Origin: a virus
DNA: 64,000 bases
Strand: one strand, 5' to 3'
IMG/VR virus record: IMGVR_UViG_3300037755_000598
Span: 8,801-72,800 of that record
The stretch's first letter is position 1, and each line of letters begins with the position of its first letter. Of the stretch, positions 6,943-14,674 are shown piece by piece. Below the pieces are notes generated by a model. It searched no databases. It had not been told where the DNA came from and saw nothing but the letters and a program-made list of their open reading frames with translations. A program made the position numbers and the translations under genes.

Positions 6943-7220
6943 AATGCTCCATACGCCGTGAGGCCCGCGAGCACCGCGATGACGATGCACAGCAGACCAC
7001 GCTGAATATTTCTCACTGTCGTCCTCTTTCGGAGTTCAGGGGGTGCCCCCTCCATGGTGGCGTTATCGATGGCCCACTGCATGAACGTGAGCGGGTGTAC
7101 GTCCCGGCGCAGGGTCAGCGCGATGACGACGCCGACAAGAGCGCTCGCAACCTCCCCGTCCGTCAGCGCGTACTTGCTCTGTAGCTCAGAGACCTCTTTT
7201 ATGTATTCATCGCCCGTCAT
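6915..7220 (-). CDS. hypothetical membrane protein
   Basis: start reassigned to MTGDEYIK; C-terminal TM segment. Confidence 0.55.
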   Translation of the reverse strand: MTGDEYIKEVSELQSKYALTDGEVASALVGVVIALTLRRDVHPLTFMQWAIDNATMEGAPPELRKRTTVRNIQRGLLCIVIAVLAGLTAYGAFHPGWWRCP

Positions 7221-7293
7221 GGTGGCGGCTCCGGCATGCACAGCATCACAACTGCAACGAGTTTCGTCTTCATGGAAATTTCCTCGTGTTGAA

Positions 7294-7605
7294 TCAGGGC
7301 ACCACGTAGATGTGCTGGAATCCTTTTTCGCGCCACAGCGAGCCCGCGTAGCGCTGCGCGATGAGTACCGCATCCTGGAACGCCATGAGTTTGCCGACAC
7401 AGACCGGCTCGCCGTCGCAGCCGGTGCCGGTGCCGATGCGGAATTTCCAGATCGCGACGCCCTGTGGCTCATGGCCGTGGGCGAGCTTGTAGTCGCGGTC
7501 GAAACAGATCACGACCAGGTCAGGACGGCTTTCAGCAAGCCACGCCCAGCTCCGAGCTGTGCTGCTGAGCCCATCCCACGCATCGGCGACGTATATTTTG
7601 CCCAT
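7294..7605 (-). CDS. hypothetical protein, 103 aa
   Basis: start reassigned to MGKIYVAD. Confidence 0.55.
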   Translation of the reverse strand: MGKIYVADAWDGLSSTARSWAWLAESRPDLVVICFDRDYKLAHGHEPQGVAIWKFRIGTGTGCDGEPVCVGKLMAFQDAVLIAQRYAGSLWREKGFQHIYVVP

Positions 7606-7610
7606 CGAGT

Positions 7611-7808
7611 TCAGTGCGCCTTCTTCAGCCTGCGCTCGCGGAACGCGCGCGCGGCGAGGTCCATGGTTGCCCGCAGGATATTGAAGACCTCCTGGTGACG
7701 GGGGTCCTTCGCGAGCCATTTCTGAATTCGTGCGCGTCGCGCATCGCTGCAGCCGTCGTTATCAAGTTCCACGACATAGCGCGCTGCTTTCTTCTGAATG
7801 TTGCTCAC
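7611..7808 (-). CDS. stand-alone FecR N-terminal domain (DUF4880-like) protein
   Basis: AARYVVEL......ARRARIQKWLAKDPRH matches FecR N-terminal AA.W..RL......F..WLA.DP.H; no TM or periplasmic part. Confidence 0.65.
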   Translation of the reverse strand: MSNIQKKAARYVVELDNDGCSDARRARIQKWLAKDPRHQEVFNILRATMDLAARAFRERRLKKAH

Positions 7809-8266
7809 GGCGACTTCATCCTTTGGGCCCCCGCGCGCGCATAGCGCCGCTTGTAGCGCTCCAGATTTCTGGCTTTGCGTTGCGCGATGACGGCCTGCTG
7901 CTCGCGCCGCTTTTCAATCTGGGCGACGAGCGCGAGGAACGGGTACGGCTTGCGTGGCATCTCATCGAGAAACGCACGGAATTCACGCTCCCAGTCCTGC
8001 CATGATTCAATCGTGAGCACTCGCGGCCGGGGATTCTTCGCTTCCTGGTCCGCCCATTCGCGGAATGAATGCCACAGCTTCAGTGCTTCACGCCGCCCCG
8101 CGCCAAGTTGCATGCGCCATCGAATCCATGCCTGTTTCGTGATCGTGGTCTTGCGAAGGGTGACGCGCGGCGGATCGGCCGGCGCGTGTCGTAGCGCACG
8201 GTCGAGTTTTTGGAAGTCGCGCGATTTCAAAGGTGATTCCCCTTCGGCCAGCCGCAGTGTTTGCAC
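7805..8266 (-). CDS. hypothetical protein, 153 aa
   Basis: ATGA-type overlap with downstream gene. Confidence 0.55.
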   Translation of the reverse strand: MQTLRLAEGESPLKSRDFQKLDRALRHAPADPPRVTLRKTTITKQAWIRWRMQLGAGRREALKLWHSFREWADQEAKNPRPRVLTIESWQDWEREFRAFLDEMPRKPYPFLALVAQIEKRREQQAVIAQRKARNLERYKRRYARAGAQRMKSP

Positions 8267-8889
8267 TGATGCGGCATATCGCCTGGTTCAAAGCGATGCG
8301 CGATGACAGTAGAGCCCGCGCGCAACGCGTCGATGCGCGCCTGAACGCGCTCTTCCCTGCGGCGGCAACGATGCCGATACGCCGTGCGCGTCGTTTCCTG
8401 ATTCTCAAATATGCCGGCGGACCATCCGCCCACCATGATGGCCATGGGCACGATGGCCATCGCAATCAGGGTCCAGTACCAGTTGGCGTCCAGTTGCAGA
8501 AGCAGAAGCATTTCACTGAATGCAAGGCTTCCTGCACACAGGGCTTTGAGTGTCCTTTTTGAGCGCAGCCCTCGCGCGAACGCGCAAAATCCGTCGCGGC
8601 TTTTCTGAAGCCGGCTTCGTTCTGCCGGACCATCGGTGAAGCCGATGGGGCCAAATCCCGGAAGCACGACGATATACGTCTGCTCCCAGCCGCAGCGTGT
8701 GTCACGCTCCATGAAGTAGGGCTTGACGACGAGATTTGAAAAATCGTAGTCGTGAATGAAGCAATCGTGCAGCCGCGTCACGTGCTCAACGAGCGCGGCG
8801 CGGTCGTCAAGCTCGACGCAGGTTTGCATTGAGTCATCGAGCGCGAGCGTGCCGCGATGTTCCCGGAATTTCATGGCGCCAACTCCCAA
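8227..8889 (-). CDS. hypothetical protein, possible fusion of two small genes
   Basis: N-half FREHRG..SM...D.RCGW.TYIV...GFTDGP phage pattern; C-half TM plus CxxC. Confidence 0.55.
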   Translation of the reverse strand: MGVGAMKFREHRGTLALDDSMQTCVELDDRAALVEHVTRLHDCFIHDYDFSNLVVKPYFMERDTRCGWEQTYIVVLPGFGPIGFTDGPAERSRLQKSRDGFCAFARGLRSKRTLKALCAGSLAFSEMLLLLQLDANWYWTLIAMAIVPMAIMVGGWSAGIFENQETTRTAYRHRCRRREERVQARIDALRAGSTVIAHRFEPGDMPHQCKHCGWPKGNHL

Positions 8890-9098
8890 AACTCTCGTAC
8901 GGTGGCGGGCATCGGCCTTTCTTCGGGCTCCAGGGCCGCCAGCATCCGACGCATGCCATATTCAGTGAGAAGCTCCTCATACTGCGCATCTGTCGGGTTA
9001 GTGTTTCCGCACCAGATCACACGCTCAATCGGCCAGTCCGCGAAGGGCAGCCCGGAAGCATCCCCGATGAGATAAATGCGATAGACCATCTTCGTCAT
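8871..9098 (-). CDS. hypothetical protein, 75 aa
   Basis: overlapping start/stop with neighbours. Confidence 0.55.
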   Translation of the reverse strand: MTKMVYRIYLIGDASGLPFADWPIERVIWCGNTNPTDAQYEELLTEYGMRRMLAALEPEERPMPATVREFWELAP

Positions 9099-9451
9099 GG
9101 CGACCCCATGGGCGGCACGGTGATTTTGCCGAGCGCCTTATCGATTCGCAGTTGATTGCGCGCCTCGCGCAATGATTCGCGTACCTCAGGTGGCAACTCT
9201 GCTTCTGCGCGCTCATCGAGCGCCAGCACAACCACGCGGGCCTTTGAGTTATCCTGCCATCGCGCGATGGCGACTTCGCAGCGTGCGCACACCATGATTC
9301 GTGTGGCGCACGGATCGCGCCGGGTGTTATCGAGATTGCCGCCGCTGGCAAAGCCACTCATCTTCGTCATGATGTAGCCGCATCCCGGGCATTGCACCGG
9401 CTCCATCCGGTACGGCCCAGGCTTCAGCCGGTCAACGCGCACTGGCGTCAT
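9095..9451 (-). CDS. zinc-finger hypothetical protein
   Basis: CPGC ... CARC. Confidence 0.6.
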   Translation of the reverse strand: MTPVRVDRLKPGPYRMEPVQCPGCGYIMTKMSGFASGGNLDNTRRDPCATRIMVCARCEVAIARWQDNSKARVVVLALDERAEAELPPEVRESLREARNQLRIDKALGKITVPPMGSP

Positions 9452-9897
9452 CGTTTTTCTCCACCGGGAGCTTGAGGAAGGGACTTCTTACAAATCGTCT
9501 GCATGCCGCCCATGCGATGCCACTCGCCGTCCAGCGGCCAGTTGTCGTCACAGGCCCAGCATTTCACTGCGCCTGTGAATTGGGGAAATCGGCGCCTCTC
9601 ATAGAACACGGCCACGTCCGCCAGCAAACTCAGCTCGGCGCCGTCCGGCGAGTCTTTCGCCGGGTCCGAGAGCATTAGCTGCTCGATACGGGTCATCACG
9701 GTTTTGTATGGCTCATCAGGGTGAGGCGCTGGGGCTTTCACTGCGCCTCGGACGCAATCGATGGCGTCGTCCAGTTGCTGCCTGACGTACGCCACGTTCC
9801 ATATCTCACAATGCCCGTGAGAGCCGACGCGGGCGGCACGGATTGCGCGATACCGCGCAGCGTCGTCTGCATCACGTGACGAGGACGGCGGAGTCAT
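9448..9897 (-). CDS. hypothetical protein with HigA-antitoxin-like N-terminal helical motif
   Basis: RIEQLM...SPDGAELSLLADVAVFYERRRFP resembles HigA L....PEGDEL..L..L...YE...P. Confidence 0.55.
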   Translation of the reverse strand: MTPPSSSRDADDAARYRAIRAARVGSHGHCEIWNVAYVRQQLDDAIDCVRGAVKAPAPHPDEPYKTVMTRIEQLMLSDPAKDSPDGAELSLLADVAVFYERRRFPQFTGAVKCWACDDNWPLDGEWHRMGGMQTICKKSLPQAPGGEKR

Positions 9898-9908
9898 TTC
9901 TGTTTCCT

Positions 9909-10427
9909 TCAGTAAGCGATCATCTTGAACACAATGCGCGCCCCGCTATCATTGGCGCGCTCGATGCGGCGACGCATGTCGTCAGTGCCGTTGCCGCCGG
10001 GAAAGCCAAGCGCATGAGTGGGCTTGCCTTTGTCGAGCATTTCCTGATTGCGGATGAAGCCGGCCACCACGTTGTAATTTTCTCCGGTGGGGTGCCGGCG
10101 AACCACGGCGCCCGGAACGGTGATGTCACCCCACTTTGCGGGGTATGGCTCTTCGATGATGCCCTCGTGACGCCACTGTTCGCAGAACGTATGGGCGTAA
10201 TAGTCCGCGCCGATCTTTTTCTTCCGGTTCGCATCGCCGTGGATGATCGTGACGCGATTGAACGGGATGCCGTCCGTGAGCTTAAACAGCTCCTCATGGA
10301 CGAATGCGGAGTGCGGGTAGGTACGGCCTCCGAAGACGAGGATTCGCAGCTCATCTGATATGGCCAGGTCGCCCAGGCGAATGCTTCTTTCTGCGTCTGC
10401 CAGCATGTCATCCCTTTCCGTGCGCAC
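9909..10427 (-). CDS. SLOG family protein (DUF2493/YspA-like)
   Basis: ILVFGGR, IIHGDA..GAD, YPAKW, AGFIRNQEML, FPGGNGT.DM motifs. Confidence 0.8.
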   Translation of the reverse strand: MRTERDDMLADAERSIRLGDLAISDELRILVFGGRTYPHSAFVHEELFKLTDGIPFNRVTIIHGDANRKKKIGADYYAHTFCEQWRHEGIIEEPYPAKWGDITVPGAVVRRHPTGENYNVVAGFIRNQEMLDKGKPTHALGFPGGNGTDDMRRRIERANDSGARIVFKMIAY

Positions 10428-10528
10428 TCTTCTTATATGTGGTGCCAGCGTCCCATTCTAACTTGAGGGCCGCTCAAGGTCATCAGGGCCGTGGCGGGCC
10501 CTTCCAGGTCAACAACTTACGGTGAAGC

Positions 10529-10789
10529 TCAAATCCAAACCTCCAGGATGGCCGGATCGTCTTCCGGACTGCGCTCTAATCGCGCGCAGCCACCCGCAAG
10601 CGCAATCGCCGCCCGCGCGGCGGTGAGATCGTCAAACGGCGCGACTTCTTCGGTCATGCGCTCGCCGTACCAGACGCGCACAACATATTTGGCGTCCTGC
10701 CAGTCGCGCGGCCGATAGTAAACGGTCCACATTGGCGGCAATCCACCCTGCGGGCCGCGAAACTGAAGCGGGGGAGCCTCGCCGCTCAT
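10529..10789 (-). CDS. conserved phage hypothetical protein
   Basis: WTVY..P.D....YVVR.W ... R.PEDDPAILEVWI pattern. Confidence 0.65.
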   Translation of the reverse strand: MSGEAPPLQFRGPQGGLPPMWTVYYRPRDWQDAKYVVRVWYGERMTEEVAPFDDLTAARAAIALAGGCARLERSPEDDPAILEVWI

Positions 10790-11334
10790 CGTTCTTTGCG
10801 CACCAGCGTTGGAGCGCGATAGCTCTTTGACGACGAAACAATCGGCGTCTGGAGCAATGCCCCGGCGCCAATCCTGAGCACCGTGGCAGCTTCGCGGAAT
10901 TCAGCCGCCGATTCGGTCAGGGTGTAGTAGCCCACGTTCTTGCGATATTCAACATTGACCGCGAGTTTCTGTCGCAACCCATGCAGCACGGAATTCACGG
11001 TGGTGCGCGCAAGATTGCTGGCCGTTGACAGCATGCCGGCCGACGCCGGCCCGCTGAATCGCGCAAGACAGCGCCCCAGCTCGGTTTCCAGATAGGTAAA
11101 TTTTGACGGCTTCCCAACGCGCAGCCGCATGCCAATTTCGGTGCGCAGCGTGACAAGTTCCGCATCAGTGATGACGCCACTATCGCGCGCGAGCCCCGCC
11201 ATGCGCGTGAATACGTCTGCCAGAACGTGAATCGTTTCGCGGGTGAGATTTTGCTCCAGAGGGGCGCCGATTTGATCGGACTTTTCTCTGGTGGCCACGT
11301 TCTGAGCTACGCTCAATCTGTAGTCTGCTGCCAT
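10786..11334 (-). CDS. winged-HTH (OmpR/PhoB C-terminal-like) DNA-binding protein
   Basis: TYLETEL...L ... RTTVNSVLHGLRQKL ... VGYYTL; no receiver domain. Confidence 0.55.
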   Translation of the reverse strand: MAADYRLSVAQNVATREKSDQIGAPLEQNLTRETIHVLADVFTRMAGLARDSGVITDAELVTLRTEIGMRLRVGKPSKFTYLETELGRCLARFSGPASAGMLSTASNLARTTVNSVLHGLRQKLAVNVEYRKNVGYYTLTESAAEFREAATVLRIGAGALLQTPIVSSSKSYRAPTLVRKER

Positions 11335-11406
11335 GTCGCCCCCTTCGCTAAAGTAGAGCGTAGCACATGCCCGGACGTTGTACTTCATTGAGAACAAGGC
11401 ACTTAG

Positions 11407-11763
11407 ATGGGTAGTGAAGAATTATTGATGGTGAATTCTTTCGACCAGCAGATACCACCGGACGCGGCGAAGATTCGCCTGCGTCCACATATGGTGGACT
11501 TTGCGCATTCCATGGCGCTCGCCTGCTATATCGCGGAGGCGGCGGACGTACTCGCATATCTGCGATGCCACTATCCGGATAAGCGCCCTGAAGCCCGCGA
11601 CATTGCGCAGCGCTATTTCGGTGTCGATCAGCGCAACGGATGGCGCTCATGGCTCATCTCATTGCGCGCAGCTCCCCTTCTGTGGACTGATAAGCCGGTG
11701 CCCGGCATCGCAGAGCTTCGGCCTCTGCATGAGGTGTCTGGCATCACCCTGCCGCCGGGCTGA
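11407..11763 (+). CDS. hypothetical protein, paralog of N-half of 8227..8889
   Basis: RPH....AHSM ... YFGVDQRNGW ... WTDKP aligns with REH....DDSM ... YFMERDTRCGW ... FTDGP. Confidence 0.55.
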   Translation: MGSEELLMVNSFDQQIPPDAAKIRLRPHMVDFAHSMALACYIAEAADVLAYLRCHYPDKRPEARDIAQRYFGVDQRNGWRSWLISLRAAPLLWTDKPVPGIAELRPLHEVSGITLPPG

Positions 11764-11894
11764 GTGCTCGCAGACCCGTTCCGGCGCCACCAATATCAAT
11801 TCACGACGGCGGGGCGCAGGCGTAACTCAGGATGCAGCAGGAGAGTTCCCCCGAACCCCACGGGCCTGCGAGCGACTAGAGCGTACCACTAGTT

Positions 11895-11909
11895 GCAACA
11901 TTATGTTGC
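11895..11909. promoter_or_regulatory. palindromic operator GCAACATTATGTTGC
   Basis: 7-1-7 palindrome, identical to 56906..56920. Confidence 0.75.
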
Positions 11910-11924
11910 GCTTTTTGTGCAAGC

Positions 11925-12278
11925 TCATGTTGCGGGCGGAATTGCCAGCGCGTCCATTGCCATCAGTGCCACGAGCGCCGCCAGTGCAATGACGAGCGGC
12001 CCGGCCGCTTCGGGATCGCTCAGCACGGTGCGTGGCCATTGGGGCTTCCATGGTGCAAGAGGCAGGAAGTGGGCGATCCAGCCGCAGCCTGTGCATTCCA
12101 TGAATCGGCTCAGTTCAAATTCATGACCGCGCTTAAGCATGGCGTCGATGACACGCCCCGCTTCCGCCCAGCTCGTTGTGAAGCACGGCGCCGTGGGCGG
12201 AGTGCCGGCCATGCCGGCGAAATGCCATAGCTCCAGCCGTTGAGCGAGTTCTTCTTCCACCGCGCGAATATCGATCAT
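11925..12278 (-). CDS. phage ABA-sandwich-like protein
   Basis: PCFTTSWAEAGRVIDAM ... W.A.F ... AGPLVIALAAL pattern. Confidence 0.55.
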   Translation of the reverse strand: MIDIRAVEEELAQRLELWHFAGMAGTPPTAPCFTTSWAEAGRVIDAMLKRGHEFELSRFMECTGCGWIAHFLPLAPWKPQWPRTVLSDPEAAGPLVIALAALVALMAMDALAIPPAT

Positions 12279-12484
12279 GCAGCGCGTGCCTGAACCAGCT
12301 CGATAAGGTCCCGCGTCACGGTCGTCAGATGCAGGATTGCATCGCACTGCGGGCACCAGCGCGGGCCTGCGCTTTGCGGCGGGTACTGGAAATCACATCG
12401 CGGACAAAACACAAGCTGCGCCTGCGGCGGATATCCATCCAGCCGCAAATGCGAAAGACGCTGCTTGTCGGGCTCAAAGTACAT
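12275..12484 (-). CDS. zinc-ribbon protein, 69 aa
   Basis: CPRC ... CPQC; start MYFEPD. Confidence 0.5.
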   Translation of the reverse strand: MYFEPDKQRLSHLRLDGYPPQAQLVFCPRCDFQYPPQSAGPRWCPQCDAILHLTTVTRDLIELVQARAA

Positions 12485-12775
12485 GAGGAGATATTGCCAT
12501 AGACGCACAGCGCACGGCCAGCGAGCGCACAGCGACGCTCTGCCCGGAATGCTCGGCCCCGCCGGGCTCAAGTCACACGCCAGACTGTCCGATGCGTCCG
12601 GCACTGGGCTACCAGGATTACCTGCGCGAGAAATACGCTCGCGGTGATTCGGGCGTGCATCGCCTTCCCGGTGGCCGCTATGAATGGAGCGCGGAGTACA
12701 TCGACCCAGACCCCATTTTCTGAACGCGCCGAACGATAGCCATTCCCAACTTATGAGTTCAATTACGACGCTGCA

Positions 12776-14290
12776 TTGATCGACGAATTCGCCTTGCGCC
12801 AACAGCTCGAAGAGCTGTCGGAGCATGAGCTAGCCGTGGCGTATTGGAAGGCGCGGTGGTTACGGCAGGCCCGCCCAAAACAGCTCCCGCCTGATGCCAT
12901 CGACCCGGACTGGAAAGTCTTCGGCGTATGCAGCGGTCGCGGCTTCGGCAAGACCCTGGCCGGGGCCAACTGGATTGGCCTTGAAGCCGCGCAGCATCCC
13001 AACTCATTCAACGCGGTGATCGCGCCTACCTATCAGGACGCGCGCTATACATGCTTTGAGGGACCCACCGGATTGCTCGCGGTGATTCCGCCGATCCTCT
13101 ACAAGCCGGAAGACTACTCCCGCTCAGTCCCCTCGCTCACATTGTGGAACGGCGCAGTGCTGCGCGGATTTGCCGGCGACTCGCCCGACCGTCTTCGCGG
13201 CCCGCAGCATCACCGCGTATGGGCAGAAGAGCTGGCCGCATGGGCGTACCCCGAAGAGGCGTGGTCGAACATGATCTTCGGCCTGCGCCTGGGTAAACGC
13301 CCCCGCTGCATGTGGACGACGACGCCGCGCCCTACGGGATTCATGCGTGAGCGTATGAACCCCGCGAAGGGCACCGTCATCGTCACCGGCGCCATTCACG
13401 AGAACGCCGACAACCTGCCGGCTTCGACGCTCGAAGAGATTGAGCAATATCGCGGCACGCGTATTTGGGAGCAGGAAGCGCTCGGAAGATTAATCGACCC
13501 CGAAGAAGGCGGCATCGTGAGGCGCTCGCAATGGCAGCTCTGGCCGGTGAATAAGCCGCTGCCGGGATTCCTGTGCATCGTCATGTCGCTTGATACCGCG
13601 TTCACGGAAGATACGGTGGACAAAAAGACGCGCGATACGGACTTCACCGCATGCAGCGTGTGGGGCGTGTGGGAGGAATACGCGCCCGACACGGTTCGCG
13701 CCGGCAGTCACGTCAAAGGCAAGTCCACGCGCCATGTGCTGCTGCTCGATGCCTGGCAGGACAAGCTCGGGTTTCCCGATTTGGTTGCGCGGGTAAAAGA
13801 AGAAGCACAGGGGAAATACGGCGAGACAGAAGAAATCGCGCACCCGATCTATGGCAACGCGCGGCCGAAGAACAAAGGCGGCCACGGCATCGACATGATC
13901 GTCATTGAAGACAAGGGCTCCGGGATCAGCCTGCGTCAGGCGCTGGCACGCGAAGGATTGCTCTGTCACGCGTACAACCCCGGTCGCGCAGACAAGCTCG
14001 CGCGTCTTCATCTTGTAAGCCCGCTGTTTGCCTTCGGCCGCGTATGGGCTGTCGAAAGCGACCGGCATCCGGGTCGCCCGAAGATGTGGGCCGATCCGCT
14101 CATTACTCAGGTGTGCTCGTACTCCGGCGAGGGAACGATTGCACATGATGACTTGCTCGACTCCACAACCGCCGCGCTGCGCGTGCTGAAGGACCAGTGG
14201 ATACCCGCGTTCACTCCCGCGATCAAACGGGACGAAGACGACGTGGTGCGCAAGAAGCCCGGCCCCGTGATTAATCCATATGCAGTGTGA
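12776..14290 (+). CDS. terL: terminase large subunit
   Basis: Walker A GRGFGKT, LRGPQ, W.EE Walker B, TTTP motif III, C-terminal nuclease with D-rich motifs (IEDKGSG, HDDLLD). Confidence 0.95.
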   Translation: MIDEFALRQQLEELSEHELAVAYWKARWLRQARPKQLPPDAIDPDWKVFGVCSGRGFGKTLAGANWIGLEAAQHPNSFNAVIAPTYQDARYTCFEGPTGLLAVIPPILYKPEDYSRSVPSLTLWNGAVLRGFAGDSPDRLRGPQHHRVWAEELAAWAYPEEAWSNMIFGLRLGKRPRCMWTTTPRPTGFMRERMNPAKGTVIVTGAIHENADNLPASTLEEIEQYRGTRIWEQEALGRLIDPEEGGIVRRSQWQLWPVNKPLPGFLCIVMSLDTAFTEDTVDKKTRDTDFTACSVWGVWEEYAPDTVRAGSHVKGKSTRHVLLLDAWQDKLGFPDLVARVKEEAQGKYGETEEIAHPIYGNARPKNKGGHGIDMIVIEDKGSGISLRQALAREGLLCHAYNPGRADKLARLHLVSPLFAFGRVWAVESDRHPGRPKMWADPLITQVCSYSGEGTIAHDDLLDSTTAALRVLKDQWIPAFTPAIKRDEDDVVRKKPGPVINPYAV

Positions 14291-14667
14291 GAAATACGAT
14301 GTGTCCTGACGCTGAGACCATTGCGCTTTTGGAAATTTGTGGCGCACTGCATGAGTTCGACTGCGTGGACGGGGACCCAAAGAGCTATCACACGACCCCG
14401 GACGGTGAAATGTATCGGTACGTAACCCTCGGCTACCGGGGCGCCGAACTTAGCAACGTTTCCGCAGCGCTGCGCGCGGCGCTGCAAACGCTGCGGCAGT
14501 CACTTCGGGGATCGAAGCCGGCGGTTCTGTACCGGCGCAGTGGCCCAGAGATAGAGCGCGATTTCGAGAGCAAGGATTGGAAGATACGCATGCGCCTCGC
14601 AGTCCCCGGCGCGGACTGGTCCAACGTCACCACGAAGCCCGAAGGGCTTCCCCACCCGCAGGCATAA
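14287..14667 (+). CDS. hypothetical protein between TerL and portal
   Basis: fills interval, overlaps TerL stop. Confidence 0.6.
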   Translation: MRNTMCPDAETIALLEICGALHEFDCVDGDPKSYHTTPDGEMYRYVTLGYRGAELSNVSAALRAALQTLRQSLRGSKPAVLYRRSGPEIERDFESKDWKIRMRLAVPGADWSNVTTKPEGLPHPQA

Positions 14668-14674
14668 ATAAATC

